DNA of 64,000 bases from Chrysemys picta bellii (taxonomy: Eukaryota), in contig NC_088794.1 in NCBI RefSeq assembly GCF_011386835.1, forward strand, positions 2,976,001-3,040,000, read 5' to 3'. A program made the position numbers and the translations under genes. Positions 9,720 to 20,886 of the stretch are shown here, piece after piece (position 1 is the first letter of the stretch; each line of letters starts with the position of its first letter). The notes beneath the pieces were generated by a model. The model was not told the origin of the DNA. It did not search any database and was given only the letters and a program-made list of their open reading frames with translations.

Positions 9720-11822
9720 TGTTTGTCTTTTTTTTTTTTTTCTGCTTTCCTCTGCATACATAAGCCCTGAAGGAGTTTTGTAATTCATGTCACTTTAGTC
9801 TTGGAACAAACAGTACTTTGCCTATGTCTGTTGGCTGGGAGTCTCCTAGGAGTCCCCAGAGAGGTGGATCAGGGCTGTCACGGCCTTAAATTGAAACCAT
9901 GTTGGGTATTTCACATAACAAACTTTTCTCACCAGTGGTTGGCAGGTGTTTGAGTTAAATAGGGAGATTAGTAAAGGACAAAGACCACTAAGTGGCCTTT
10001 ATCGCTACACCAGGGTCAGCGGCTGGTTAGGAGGGTCACTTTTGTTAATAAGCAGGCATGGCCTTCTCCATCTATGCTCCATCCACCTTTATGTGGTAAC
10101 AAGACTCATTTATACATGTCCCACCCCAATGTGGTTGAATCTGCTGGGGGGCAGGGCATCTGTGGGTGCTATCTGCTTATTGTCCCTGTGCAATGTTAAT
10201 ATGCCCATTGGTGGCAGATCTTGGGTACAATGGGTTTATTACCCCACCCGCTAAATAAAGATGGGCAGGACTCAGAATGTGGCTTGCTGGTGGGTGTCAA
10301 GGGAGACTGGTATAACATGTACATTAAGGAGGAGACTAGCTGGGGGCACCTCGAACATCTCCTTGCATTCAACACTGTGTTTACTCCTTGTGGCAATGCT
10401 ACAACAGGTGTGTGCATTGAGGACCGTAGATTCAACACTTGTGAAAACTACATATGGAAATATATTGAACCATTTGTAATCAAAGGCCTCCTCCTCCTCT
10501 AAATGTGAATGGCTGGGGCTGATTTAAAAAAATAGGGAGAATCTGTGGTAATTAATTGTTTTGAAAGTACTTCCAGCTATCAAAAGATAGGTCAGAGGAT
10601 GCAAAATTGGTCCCGGAGGGCACAAGATAGGTCTCAGGAGGTTGTAATTGAGCCTATGGAAGGGCACTAGCAGATTCAACAGACTCCCTCTTCTCCTCAA
10701 GTACATGACAAAAATCAGCCTTGATGAATTAGCATTTTATTTGGGGGTCTCATGAGATTTTGGATGGTTTTATTAATTACTTGGATTTATTTAAATTTAT
10801 TGACCTTTTCCACAATGAAGAAAATGCTGAAGGTGAGTCACTTTTTTTTTATTGCCTTCCTTAGGGGAAAGGGATGGATTAGCTGTGTAGATTCCACACA
10901 ATTTACCCATGGCCTAAAAAAAAAAAAAAAAAAAAAAAAAAGTTTTTGAAGTAGTAGTTGAATTTCTGCTCTCTGATGTTGTTTAACTTAATTTATTTAA
11001 TGGTTTTTCTACCCTGTGACGAAAGTGCTGGCAGCAGATGAGAGTCGTTTTTTCTTGTTCTTCCTCTCATCTCTACTTGGCTCCAGCTGTAGTTGGCTTT
11101 AACAGGTTCGGCATAACCCTTAACATTAAATAATTATATTATGTTAATTCAGGAGCTGATTCCTCTCCTACTCGTAATCTTTTAAAGGGAGGAAGTTATT
11201 TATTTGAATGTATCGTAATTTGTTGCACCCCGTGGCAAAAGTGCGGTAGCCCAATCAATCCCCTAGGATTCCTCCTAGCCATTGGAACTCGCTGTGATTT
11301 CTCCTGTGCAGATTCAATCCTGTGATATCCAATTACTCCCTTTTAAATAATAATATATAATCAGTGGACTCATTTGCCTCCCTCTGATTCTGCTCTAGCA
11401 TTGTAATTCGTTACTTTAATATATTTAAATTTCTTCTATTTCATAGTGAAAGTGCAAGGTATGAATAACCGACTCCCTTTTCCCACCTTCCCTTCTATGG
11501 AACTAGCTGACATTTTGCCAAAGCAGATTAAATACTTGAACCTCCCATTTCTTTCCGCACAAATAATATGGTGATTTTTTTGGAGGATGGGGTCACTTTC
11601 GTCCTATTGGCTCTGTTCTTAGGGTATGAATAATTATGTAAAATTAATCAAATTTATTTAATCATATGACGAAAGTGCGGGGCACAAATAAACTACTAGG
11701 TTTCCCCTCCCTTCCTTGGTACTAAATACAATTTCGCCAAAGCAGATACTATCTCTCAATCTCCTATTTCCCCAGTATAAAATGATATGATATATTGGGG
11801 ATTTCATTCCTTTATTGGCTTT

Positions 11823-12322
11823 NNNNNNNNNNNNNNNNNNNNNNNNNNNNNNNNNNNNNNNNNNNNNNNNNNNNNNNNNNNNNNNNNNNNNNNNNNNNNN
11901 NNNNNNNNNNNNNNNNNNNNNNNNNNNNNNNNNNNNNNNNNNNNNNNNNNNNNNNNNNNNNNNNNNNNNNNNNNNNNNNNNNNNNNNNNNNNNNNNNNNN
12001 NNNNNNNNNNNNNNNNNNNNNNNNNNNNNNNNNNNNNNNNNNNNNNNNNNNNNNNNNNNNNNNNNNNNNNNNNNNNNNNNNNNNNNNNNNNNNNNNNNNN
12101 NNNNNNNNNNNNNNNNNNNNNNNNNNNNNNNNNNNNNNNNNNNNNNNNNNNNNNNNNNNNNNNNNNNNNNNNNNNNNNNNNNNNNNNNNNNNNNNNNNNN
12201 NNNNNNNNNNNNNNNNNNNNNNNNNNNNNNNNNNNNNNNNNNNNNNNNNNNNNNNNNNNNNNNNNNNNNNNNNNNNNNNNNNNNNNNNNNNNNNNNNNNN
12301 NNNNNNNNNNNNNNNNNNNNNN
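11823..12322. other. Assembly gap (500 N)
   Basis: Run of N. Confidence 1.
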
Positions 12323-13689
12323 GCACATCAATGACCTACGTCCAAGAGAAAAATGTTAAACCCTTTATTACACAGAAAAAGCTTTCAATAAACTTTAAAA
12401 TCTCACTTGGTGCCTGCATCTCTTTTGCCTCAATTTTAGTTGCCGTATAGAATAAAAATCCCTCTTTTCTCCTAGCCAGAGGAACTATTTCCTTTCTGCA
12501 AACCCTTTACAATAAACGTCAAACTGTGGAAATTCCCCGTCCAAAACCTTTGTGATGCTAAAGAACTTTTAACAAATGACTTTCGATATTTTCCTGCCTG
12601 ATCTTATTTCTCTGTCATGTTATTTGCACTGGAGAATAAAATCCGTCTTTGTTGCCAGACAGAAAGGCTTTTTGCCAACGCTGTACTTTAAAAAGAAAAA
12701 GGGAATTCTCAGCTAAAAACTTGGTTGTGATAAAGAAATTCAATATATCGTTAACAACTGACTTTAGATACGTTGCTGCCTGATTTGATTTCAGTTAATT
12801 TGTATTTGGACCGATGAATACAGCCACTCTTTATATTTTGGAAGAGAGATTTTGAGAAGAATCTGCACTTCTGCAAATATTTCGAAATTCCGAGACAAAC
12901 ATCTGTGTTAAGGGGAAGTGAAGGATGCAAATGTATATCCCGAAGTTAAAAAAAAAATAGCCGAGATCAAAATTCAGCAAGAGGTTTTGTTGTTAAAAGA
13001 AAGATCCTTTTTGCAAACAATTTCCTTAAAAAAATGGAAATTTCAAAGCAACCCTCTCCCGCACAGTTAAGGATGAAAATAACTTTTCTGTTATTGAAAG
13101 AGAAAATAACATCACAGAATGATCAAGATCACAAACAAACACACACAGACACAACCAACCAAAACAAATGGAATAGACCAAAAACAAAAACAAAAAAAAA
13201 CAAAAAACCCCAAAACTAAGGAAAGTTCAAGGCAAAAAACTTTAAGGCTGAAAATAACTTCTCCTTAAAGAGAAAATAATTTAAAAAAATGATTGAGATT
13301 GCAAACAAACAAATTGAATAGACAGGAAAAAAAACCCTGAAGGACGTTCCGAGGAAATTGTGTCCTTGGTGCCTCAGTTTACCCACCTGTGATTCGGGGA
13401 TAATAACCCCTGCGTCCCGTTCTGAGAGGATGAAGTCCTTTATGTCAGCAGAGCGATTTGAGCTCCCTGCATGCGGGGTGAGAGGTGGACATCTTTCTGA
13501 GCATGCATTGTGGGTTGGAAACAAACGTTATCTTATCGGGGCAGCTGCTGAAATGACCCTGGTGATAAGTGCCCCTTTGTGGCACGTCCGATTTATCTCT
13601 TCCCCTCCGTGCCATGCTCTGACCCCATGCCCCGTAAGACAAATAGCTTGAGAAGTGACCGGTGCATGGCAGGAAGCGATAAGAGATGT

Positions 13690-14250
13690 TGGTCCAACCT
13701 AGGTTGGACGCATGCTCCTGAGAAGCCGGCTGGAGCCTACGTTGTTCCCGTGGTTCATTACGCTCACCCTAAAGAATTTCCGCCTTATTTCCCGTCTGAA
13801 CTGGTCTAGCTTCAGCCTCCAGCCATTGGCTCGTGTCAGACCTTTCTCTACTAGACTGAGGAGCCCACGATCACGTCTGTTCCCCATGGAGATACTTGTA
13901 GACCATGATCTAGTCGCCCCGTGGCCTTCTCTTTGTTCCTCTAAACAGCTTGAGCTCCGGGAGTCTCTCACTCTAAGGCAGGTTGTCCAATCCTTTAATC
14001 ATTCTCCTGGCTCTTCTCCGACCCCGCTCCAGTCAATCCACGTCCTTCTTGAGTGGTGGGCACCAGAACTGGACACAGGACCCCAGCTGCGGTCGCACCA
14101 AGGCCAAATAAACCCTCGGCTCCTTCTCGCCATTCCCCTGTTTGTGCATCCTGGGATCACACCAGCTCTTTGCGCTGGGAGCCCACTCTGGGTTGCTTGT
14201 CCTCAAGGACCCCGAGAGCCTTTTCCGAGCCCCTGCCTGGCAGGATACGG
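13690..14250 (-). mobile_element. Old CR1 LINE ORF2/3' fragment
   Basis: Minus-strand translation contains LALVRPQLGSCVQFWCPPLKKDVD, the CR1 RT C-terminal motif. Confidence 0.8.
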
Positions 14251-15300
14251 CCTGGCCTTGTGCTCGGCGCTGCACGTTAGTAATTATCGGTGTGGTGGTG
14301 GCGCCTTGGACTCCAGCGACAGATCAGGAGCCCACGGTGCCAGGCCGTGCCTCATCTGAACCAACCCTGCTGCCGCTCCTCACTTGCTCCTAGCAGGAGC
14401 CGGACTTTAAGGACAAACCTGCCCCGTGAACCATTCCGGTGCTAAGAGGCAGAGATGGGGCGGCCATTACAGCGTCAGCGGGGGAGGCAGGACTCTGGGG
14501 TTCTCCTTGTCGGGGGACTTATTTCCACCCTGAATTGCTTCGAGATCTAAACATCGCTGACAGTGGCACTGGACTATTTTCAGTCGTGGGGGTGCTGGAA
14601 GCCAGACCCCTTACCCCTGGGCTGTGTCTCTGGGAGGGGGGGACCCGGACAGGGGGAAGGGGGCTGAGGTGTGGTCACAGCTGGAGGGGTGGGTGTGGAG
14701 CCAGGAGTAGGGGCCGGCAGCCGGGACTCCATGTGCGGGGCCAGGAGCAGAGCCCCGGCCATGGGGCTGGGTTTGGGGCACTGGGAGTGGAAGCCTGGGA
14801 GCAGGGAGTGGGGCTGGGCCTGGGGCCAGCGGTCAGGGAGTAGGGCTGGCAGCCAGGGCCCCAGAAACAGAGCCCCAGGGGCGGGGCTGGGAGTGGGGCC
14901 CTGGGCGTGGGCCTCGGGCACAGGGCCAGTGGCCGGGGAGTGGGGCTGGCAGCTGGGACCCAAGCCCCAGGTGCGGGGTTGGGGAGCGGAGTGCGTGGCG
15001 TGGGGCCAGTGGCTGGTGGCTGGCCCCCGGGACCCGAGCCGAGGAGTGGATCCCCGGGCGTGGAGCTGGCGGCCCCGCATAAAACCTGCACCCCCCGCAC
15101 CCACACTTCCCGCGCCTGTGTCTGTTGATTGAGGAATCGAATTAGCAAACGGGCAGAGGTGGGCAAATGTAGGAATAGAGGGACTCGGATAAAATCAGTC
15201 CCGTGGGCTGGTCACATCAGTAACGGCCGCGCTCTGGGCAGATAGGGATCTTAGAAACTGATTCCCCCCCCAGCCCCCGCTGAGGGCCTGCCTTGGGCTT

Positions 15301-15353
15301 TATAAAACCGCCCAGGCCGATGTGATTGAGAGGAATCAGACAGAGAGCGGGAG
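15301..15353 (+). promoter_or_regulatory. TATA box and short non-coding exon 1 of ART copy A
   Basis: TATAAAA at 15301, donor gag|GTAAGAG at 15354, acceptor ttttcag at 15599 ahead of the ATG exon. The same layout is conserved in copy B. Confidence 0.7.
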
Positions 15354-15640
15354 GTAAGAGCTACCCCTCCTACATGGCCCCGTGTCCCATCCCCCCCCCG
15401 CCCCGAGCCAGCCAGTACCCCAGGCTGGGGCCGGATGGGAGCAGGCGCCCCCTAGATGGGAAAGGCCCCGTGTCCCATTCCCCCCCCACCCGAGCCAGCC
15501 AGTGCCCTGCCCTGGGGGTGGAGGGGAGCTGACGCCCCCTAGAGGGGAATGTTCCTACGTGGCTGGCTATTCTGATCTGGCCAGTTTGGGGTTTTTCAGC
15601 TGAAGCCCCTCAGTGAATTATTCAGGGATCGGCTACCAGC

Positions 15641-15709
15641 ATGTCCCCCGAGAAAGTCGCCCTCCTGCTTTTCACTGCGGCTTGGGTGCTGCCTGCTGGA
15701 ACCTCAGAG
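15641..15709 (+). CDS. Ecto-ADP-ribosyltransferase copy A, signal-peptide exon
   Basis: MSPEKVALLLFTAAWVLPAGTSE followed by a GTAAGT donor, phase 0. Confidence 0.85.
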
Positions 15710-15734
15710 GTAAGTGGCTTCGATACAATATCCC

Positions 15735-15915
15735 TGCCCCACCCCAGAGGTGGCTGCATCTTAGTGCTGGGTGAGTCATCCCGGTGAGGTGTTACATGCA
15801 GCTGTTCCCCAGCTGCCCCACCCCAGAGGTGGCTGCATCTCAGCTCAGGGCAAGCCATCCCTGTGCAACATTATGTGTGGCTGTTCCCCCGCTGCCCCAC
15901 CCCAGAGGAGGCTGA
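15735..15915 (+). mobile_element. Ancient SINE-like motif (ccccagaggtggctgcatct), 3 copies in the ART-A intron
   Basis: Resembles an AmnSINE-type segment as I recall it. One copy lies at the equivalent position in ART-B (26820-26845, minus). Confidence 0.4.
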
Positions 15916-16432
15916 AACATTCTGTGCTTGAATTTCCAACAATCTGTAAAAGGCAGATATTGGCCACTTGCTGGTATAATTTGTGTTGGAGAAGCACCGG
16001 AAAGCCCCATCCACCAGCCCAGACCCAAGGGGAGCGATCGAGGCCCCCGGTGTGCCGGGTACAACACAAACACAGGCCCTGCCCTGAAGAGCTGCTACTC
16101 TGACGAGACGAAGGGTAGGACAGGAAACAATCTCCACAGAAACATGTGGAGATTTGCCCAAGGTCATCCAGTGATGGCAGAGCCAGGGATAGAACCCAGG
16201 AGTCCTGGCTCCCAGCCCCCTACCCCGATCTAGCCCCCTAGACTCCCCTCCCCTCCTAGAGCTGGGAATTGAAACCAGTCCCCTCTCCAGCTCTAACCAT
16301 TAGGCCCCACTTCTGGAAATTCCCCTCAGCAGAAACCCCCTGTGTGCAATCCCCGTTCTTCCCTGCATGGGTCATTTCTGAAGCATTGTCCATGAAGGTT
16401 CACGCCTGACCTTGAGCTGATGGTTGTTCCAG

Positions 16433-17153
16433 CCCCGCCCCGATGAGATCCGCACGGCGGAGGGGAACCCCACCCTGAACTTGGCCTCCAACTCCCTGGA
16501 CGACCTCTACAGAGGTTGCGTGAAGGCCATGAAACGGCGCCTCCCATCCTTGCTGGAAGAGGAGCTGGAGGAGAACCAGCTCTTCCGTGAGGCGTGGGAC
16601 CAAGCCAAGGAGATGTGGATGCAGATGGAGAACCAAACAATCTTCCCCAAGACATTGAGGGCCCTCTACAGCGTCGCTGTCTTGGCCTACACTTTGGAAG
16701 AGCCACCACTCTATGCGTTGTTCAACGTGGCGACCAGAACGGCATGGAAGAGCCCCCAGGCATATGCCGGCTTTGCCTTCAAGTCCTTGCATTTCCTCCT
16801 GACCCGGGCGGCCGAGAAGCTAGGAGCCAAGGAGCCCAGTTGTGCCAAAGTCTACCGAGGAACCAAGGTGAAGTTCTCCATCGAGGGTTTGTTCCGCTTC
16901 GGCCAGTTCACGTCCACCTCAGAGAAGAGGCAGGAGGCGGAGGAATTTGGATGCACGACTTTCTTCGTGCTGGTCTCGTGCCAGGGGTTCCCGGTGGGGA
17001 ATCTGTCCCGCTTCCCGGGGGAAGAGGAGATGGTGGTGCCGCCCTACGAGATGTTCCGGGTCACCGGGGTCAAGGAGACGCCAAGGAAGAAGATGGTGCA
17101 CGCCAAATCGGTGCGCGTCTGCAGCGACCAGAACTGCGCCTACCTGGGGAAAG
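16433..17153 (+). CDS. Ecto-ADP-ribosyltransferase (ARTC family) copy A, catalytic exon
   Basis: DDLYRGC, FKSLHFLLTRA, VYRG, RFGQFTSTS, FPGEEEMVVPPYE, CSDQNC. Acceptor ttccag, phase-1 donor GTGAGG. Confidence 0.93.
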
Positions 17154-17385
17154 GTGAGGGGGAGGACGCGAGGAGGGACGTGAGCTATGGAAGGCCACCA
17201 GGGAGATAAAAACTAGCCCCTAGGGGGTGACAGCTCAGGTCTGGCCCGGGGGTGGGGTGGGGTGAGGAATAGAACACAGGGCCTTTCCCCCTAGGGGGCG
17301 CCAGCTCCTATCCCACTCCAGGCCAGGGGACTGGCTGGCTTGGAGGGTGGCAGGGAAAATTAATTGTCTGTTTTCTGTTTTCCAG

Positions 17386-17421
17386 AAGGGAACAGTACAA
17401 TGAGCTGCCCTGATCACCAAG
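17386..17421 (+). CDS. ART copy A 36-nt micro-exon (EGNSTMSCPDHQ)
   Basis: Polypyrimidine tract plus ccag acceptor and GTATGG donor, phase 1-1. Same size as the homologous exon of copy B. Confidence 0.8.
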
Positions 17422-17489
17422 GTATGGGGGTCGGGGTGGGGGCTCATCCCTTGGCTGGGCAGGGGGCGTGCATGGGGCTTGAGACAATT

Positions 17490-17840
17490 ACTTGCAGGAC
17501 TCCTGGGTTCTCTCCCTGGCTCTGGGAGGGGAGTGGGGTTTAGTGGGTCAGAGCAGGGGGGCTGGGAGCCAGAACTCCTGGGTTCTCTCCCCAGTGCTGG
17601 GAGGGAAGTGGTGTCTAGTGGTTAGAACAGGGGGGGCTGGGAGCCAGGACTCCTGGGTTCTCTCTCCAGCACTGGGAGGGAAGTGGGGTCTAGTGGTTAG
17701 AGCAGGGGCTAGGAGCCAGGACTCCTGGGTTCTCTCCCTGACTCTGGGAGGGGAGTGGGGTCTAGTGGGTCAGAGTGGGGGGGGGTGCTGAAGCCAGGAT
17801 TCCTGGGTTCTATCCCCAGCTCTGGGAGGGGAGTGGGGTA
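17490..17840. repeat. ~76-bp satellite array (ggagccaggactcctgggttctctccccagctctgggaggggagtggggtctagtggttagagcaggg)
   Basis: Visible tandem units. Confidence 0.9.
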
Positions 17841-18052
17841 TAGAAGGTTGGGCGGGGGCCTGTTCTGCAACTGACTCCCTGGGTGAGTTTGGGGGCATCT
17901 CTGCCCCCCTCCGTGCCTCAGTTTCCCCCACTATGTTGGAGGGCACTGGCACTGATCCAGTCGGGCAAAGTGCCGTGGCGGGGGTGGGTGTGGGTCTGTG
18001 GCTCAGGCGCGTGCGGATGGCTAACGTGGCGTGCGCTTGTGTCTCCCTGCAG

Positions 18053-18066
18053 TGCTGTATTTGTGA
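18053..18066 (+). CDS. ART copy A last coding exon (VLYL*); polyA signal AATAAA at 18257-18262
   Basis: Branch point ctaac plus ctccctgcag acceptor; homologous to the copy B terminal exon. Confidence 0.8.
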
Positions 18067-18769
18067 GGTGCCCGCCGCACCGGAGCAAGGAGAGGAAGCA
18101 GCAACCCCCTGGGATGTTTTTAGCCAGGAACGTTGTGTGTGTGTGTGTGTGTGTGTGGGTGTGGAGGGGATCAGGGCCAGGTGTGTGTGTGTGTGTATGT
18201 GTATGAGCCTGTGACCTTTCCACCCTCATATTCTCCAGCCCTGTATCTGCTACTGCAATAAACGCCCGCATTGCAAAGTGTTGGATTTTTTTAACCGCCA
18301 CGTCTCCAGCGGGGCCTGGGGTGCGGGGGGGAGGGGGGGGGAGGGGACAGCAGAGGCAACATAGATTTTGTCGACAGTTGCAGGATTTAATCGTTTGGGG
18401 AAATGAACCCCTGAGATCTAATCACCTCCAGCGTGGCCACTATTTGAACATGCTAGCCGGGGAGAGGTGCTATAAACGCCGAGCGGCTGGCGCGGGGCGC
18501 AGAGTTTCTCTCTGCCCAGCAGGCCGGGGACCCAGAGTGACATTTAAATCTAGAGCCGAGTGGAAGTTTTCATACCAAACTTTTCTTTCCGGGGAAAAAA
18601 ATGGAGATTTGGTGAGTGTGAAACGTTCTGTCAATTTCACCAACTTCTTTATTTCGGGGCGGGGGGGGGGGGGGGAAATGAAGAAAACCAAACAAATTAA
18701 AAAAAGAATATTTGCGGCTGGCAGTCACAGATCGGCTACATGTCCCCTCATACCGGCCCCTCCATAAAC

Positions 18770-19000
18770 TGATCAAGCTCTGTCTTGAAGCCAGGTAGGT
18801 TCCCCCCCCCCCCCCCCACTGCTCCCCTTGGGAGGTTGTTCCAGAGCTTCACTCCTTGGATGATTAGAAACCTTCATCTAATTTCAAGTCTAAACTTCCT
18901 GATGGTCAGTTTATATCCATTTGTTCTTGTGTCCACCTTGGTACTGAGCTTAAATAATTGCTCTCCCTCCCTGGTGTTTATCCCTCTGATGTATTTATAG
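18770..19000 (-). mobile_element. CR1 3' fragment
   Basis: gaaaccttcatctaatttcaagtctaaacttcc...ttatatccatttgttcttgtgtcc is a CR1 3' end in antisense. Confidence 0.75.
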
Positions 19001-19268
19001 GCAGCCATCATAAAGGAAAAATCAAAAAGGAACTAGATAAGTTCATGGAGGACAGGTCCATCAATGGCTATTAGCCAGGATGGGCAGGGATGGTGTCCCA
19101 GCCTCTGTTTGCCAGGACTGGGAATGGGCGACAGGGGATGGATCACTTGCTGATTCCCTGGTCTGTTCATTCCCTCTGGGGCACCTGGCACTGGCCCCTG
19201 TCGGAGGACAGGACACTGGGCCAGATGGACCTTTGGCCTGACCTAGTCTGGCTGTTCTTATGTTCTTA
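19000..19268 (+). mobile_element. PsCR1-like 3' UTR fragment
   Basis: aaaggaactagataagttcatggaggacaggtccatcaatggctattagcc...gttcttatgttctta; homologous to 57349-57600. Confidence 0.85.
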
Positions 19269-20484
19269 TACCCCCCTGCAATCTGCCTGGTTGCACCCCT
19301 GGGTGCTAGGACTCTGGCCAGCAAACGGCGACTGGGGTGCAGCGGAAGGGTCCCTGCGAGGTGGGAAATGGAGGCAAAGGGCAACAGCCCAAAATACCAG
19401 GGCCGGGGTTTAGCTTTGCCAGATTTCCCAGGGTTTTTGTTCTGTACTCTGAAGAGGAACCCCCGGCTATTGAACCCGGCCTTTGGAGCTGCCGACGCCA
19501 CCGGTGTCGGGGGTCCTTGGAGAGGGTCACCCCTTTATTCCTACCCGTTCCCAGGCTCTTAGATGGCTCCGCTCCTTGCATCACTCACCACTAGGGGGAG
19601 CTCGTGTGTAGCAAATTCCTTTGCTCCTTCTCTTCTCAGAGTTTGTTTCCGAGCTCGAGATTTAAACAGCTTTGATCCCGGTACCGTCAGGGCCGTGCCA
19701 TCTCGGAGCCGCCTGTCTTCCATGGGCACCAGGTTATATGGGTACCAGTGGCTGGGCCTCACCTATATTCTGAGGCTGGATTGGAGCCAGCGCCCCCTAG
19801 AGGGGCAAGGCCCCATGTCCCATTCCCCAGCCCGAGCCAGCCAGTCTCCTGCCCTGGGGCTGGATCGGGGCCAGCGTCCCCTAGAGGGGAAAGGCCCCAT
19901 CTCCCATTCCCCACCCCTGGAGCCAGCCAGCCCGTCACCCTCTTCCTTGTCCTTCTTCATGCCCTTATACTCCTGAAGCCGCACAGGGCCTGGGCTCACA
20001 GGGTAGCAGAAGGCCAAGCCCAGAGCTTCCGGAGTAAACGCGGCAGAGCTGGATAAAGGGAACAGAGCCCATTGCTGGCGGCTGCAGCATATCCACCCTT
20101 TGCCATGAGGCCCAGTCACAAACCCGGCACCTCCCTTTCCAGCGCGGCTTTCCTAGCCCCCCTACCCCAGCTGGTACGCTCGCCGGCGTCCGCGTCACGG
20201 CCGCGAACCTCTAACGGGCTCATGTCAATAAAGGGTCAAATGTGGTGACCTCCAATTCTCCTCCCCTGGCAGCACGGCAGGGTCTATAGAAAGCCAAACA
20301 CATTGCAATGCGGGTGTGTTTATTGTAGGGGCAGACACAGAACGAGAATAAGCATCAGTTGGATGGTTGAAGAGCGGGCAGAGAAGAACCAGGTGAGTGA
20401 CTAAAGGCTTAGACAACTTGCCTCCTGGAGCTCAATCTATTTAGCTTAGCAAAGAGACACTCCCGGGGTGACTTGGGCCCAGTC

Positions 20485-20815
20485 TAGAAGGACCTATGTG
20501 GGGAACAAATATTTGATAATGGGATCTCCAAGCTAGCAGAGAAAGGTCTGATGTGAGCCACTGGCCGGATATTGAAGCTGGACAAATTCACACGGGAAAG
20601 ACGGTGTAAATTTTTGACCGTGAGGGGAATTGACCATCGGCGCAATTAACCAAGAGTCATGGTGGATCCTCCATCACTGATGATTTTAACCTAGATTGGA
20701 TGGTTTTCTAAAAGATCTGCCCTAGGCCTTTGTTTGGGGGAAGTTCTCTGGCTGGCGTCAGACCAGATGACCACAACGGTTCCTGCTGATCTGGGAATCT
20801 ATGAACCCAGAGCTT
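20485..20815 (+). mobile_element. Old CR1 3' fragment inside the 3'UTR of ART-B (antisense to it)
   Basis: ttgaagctggacaaattca...ccatcactg...ttcctgctgatctgggaatctatgaa. Confidence 0.7.
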
Positions 20816-20847
20816 GCAGGGCTAAGGCCTTTCTGTTGATGAGCTTC

Positions 20848-20886
20848 GGGTTAGGGTTAGGGTTAGGGTTAGGGTTAGGGTTAGGG
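20848..20886 (+). repeat. Interstitial telomeric repeat GGG(TTAGGG)6
   Basis: Six perfect TTAGGG units at 20851-20886. Confidence 0.97.

Noticed and set aside
11015-11740. AAAGUGC as a miR-430/427/302-type seed cluster, or GACGAAA as a hammerhead ribozyme core
   Set aside because: The complementary arm is about 60 nt away with poorly paired stems, unlike a pre-miRNA; the CUGANGA core is not intact.
11658-12450. ORFs of 175-222 aa
   Set aside because: They are open only because they cross the N gap; the same applies to 37330-38076.
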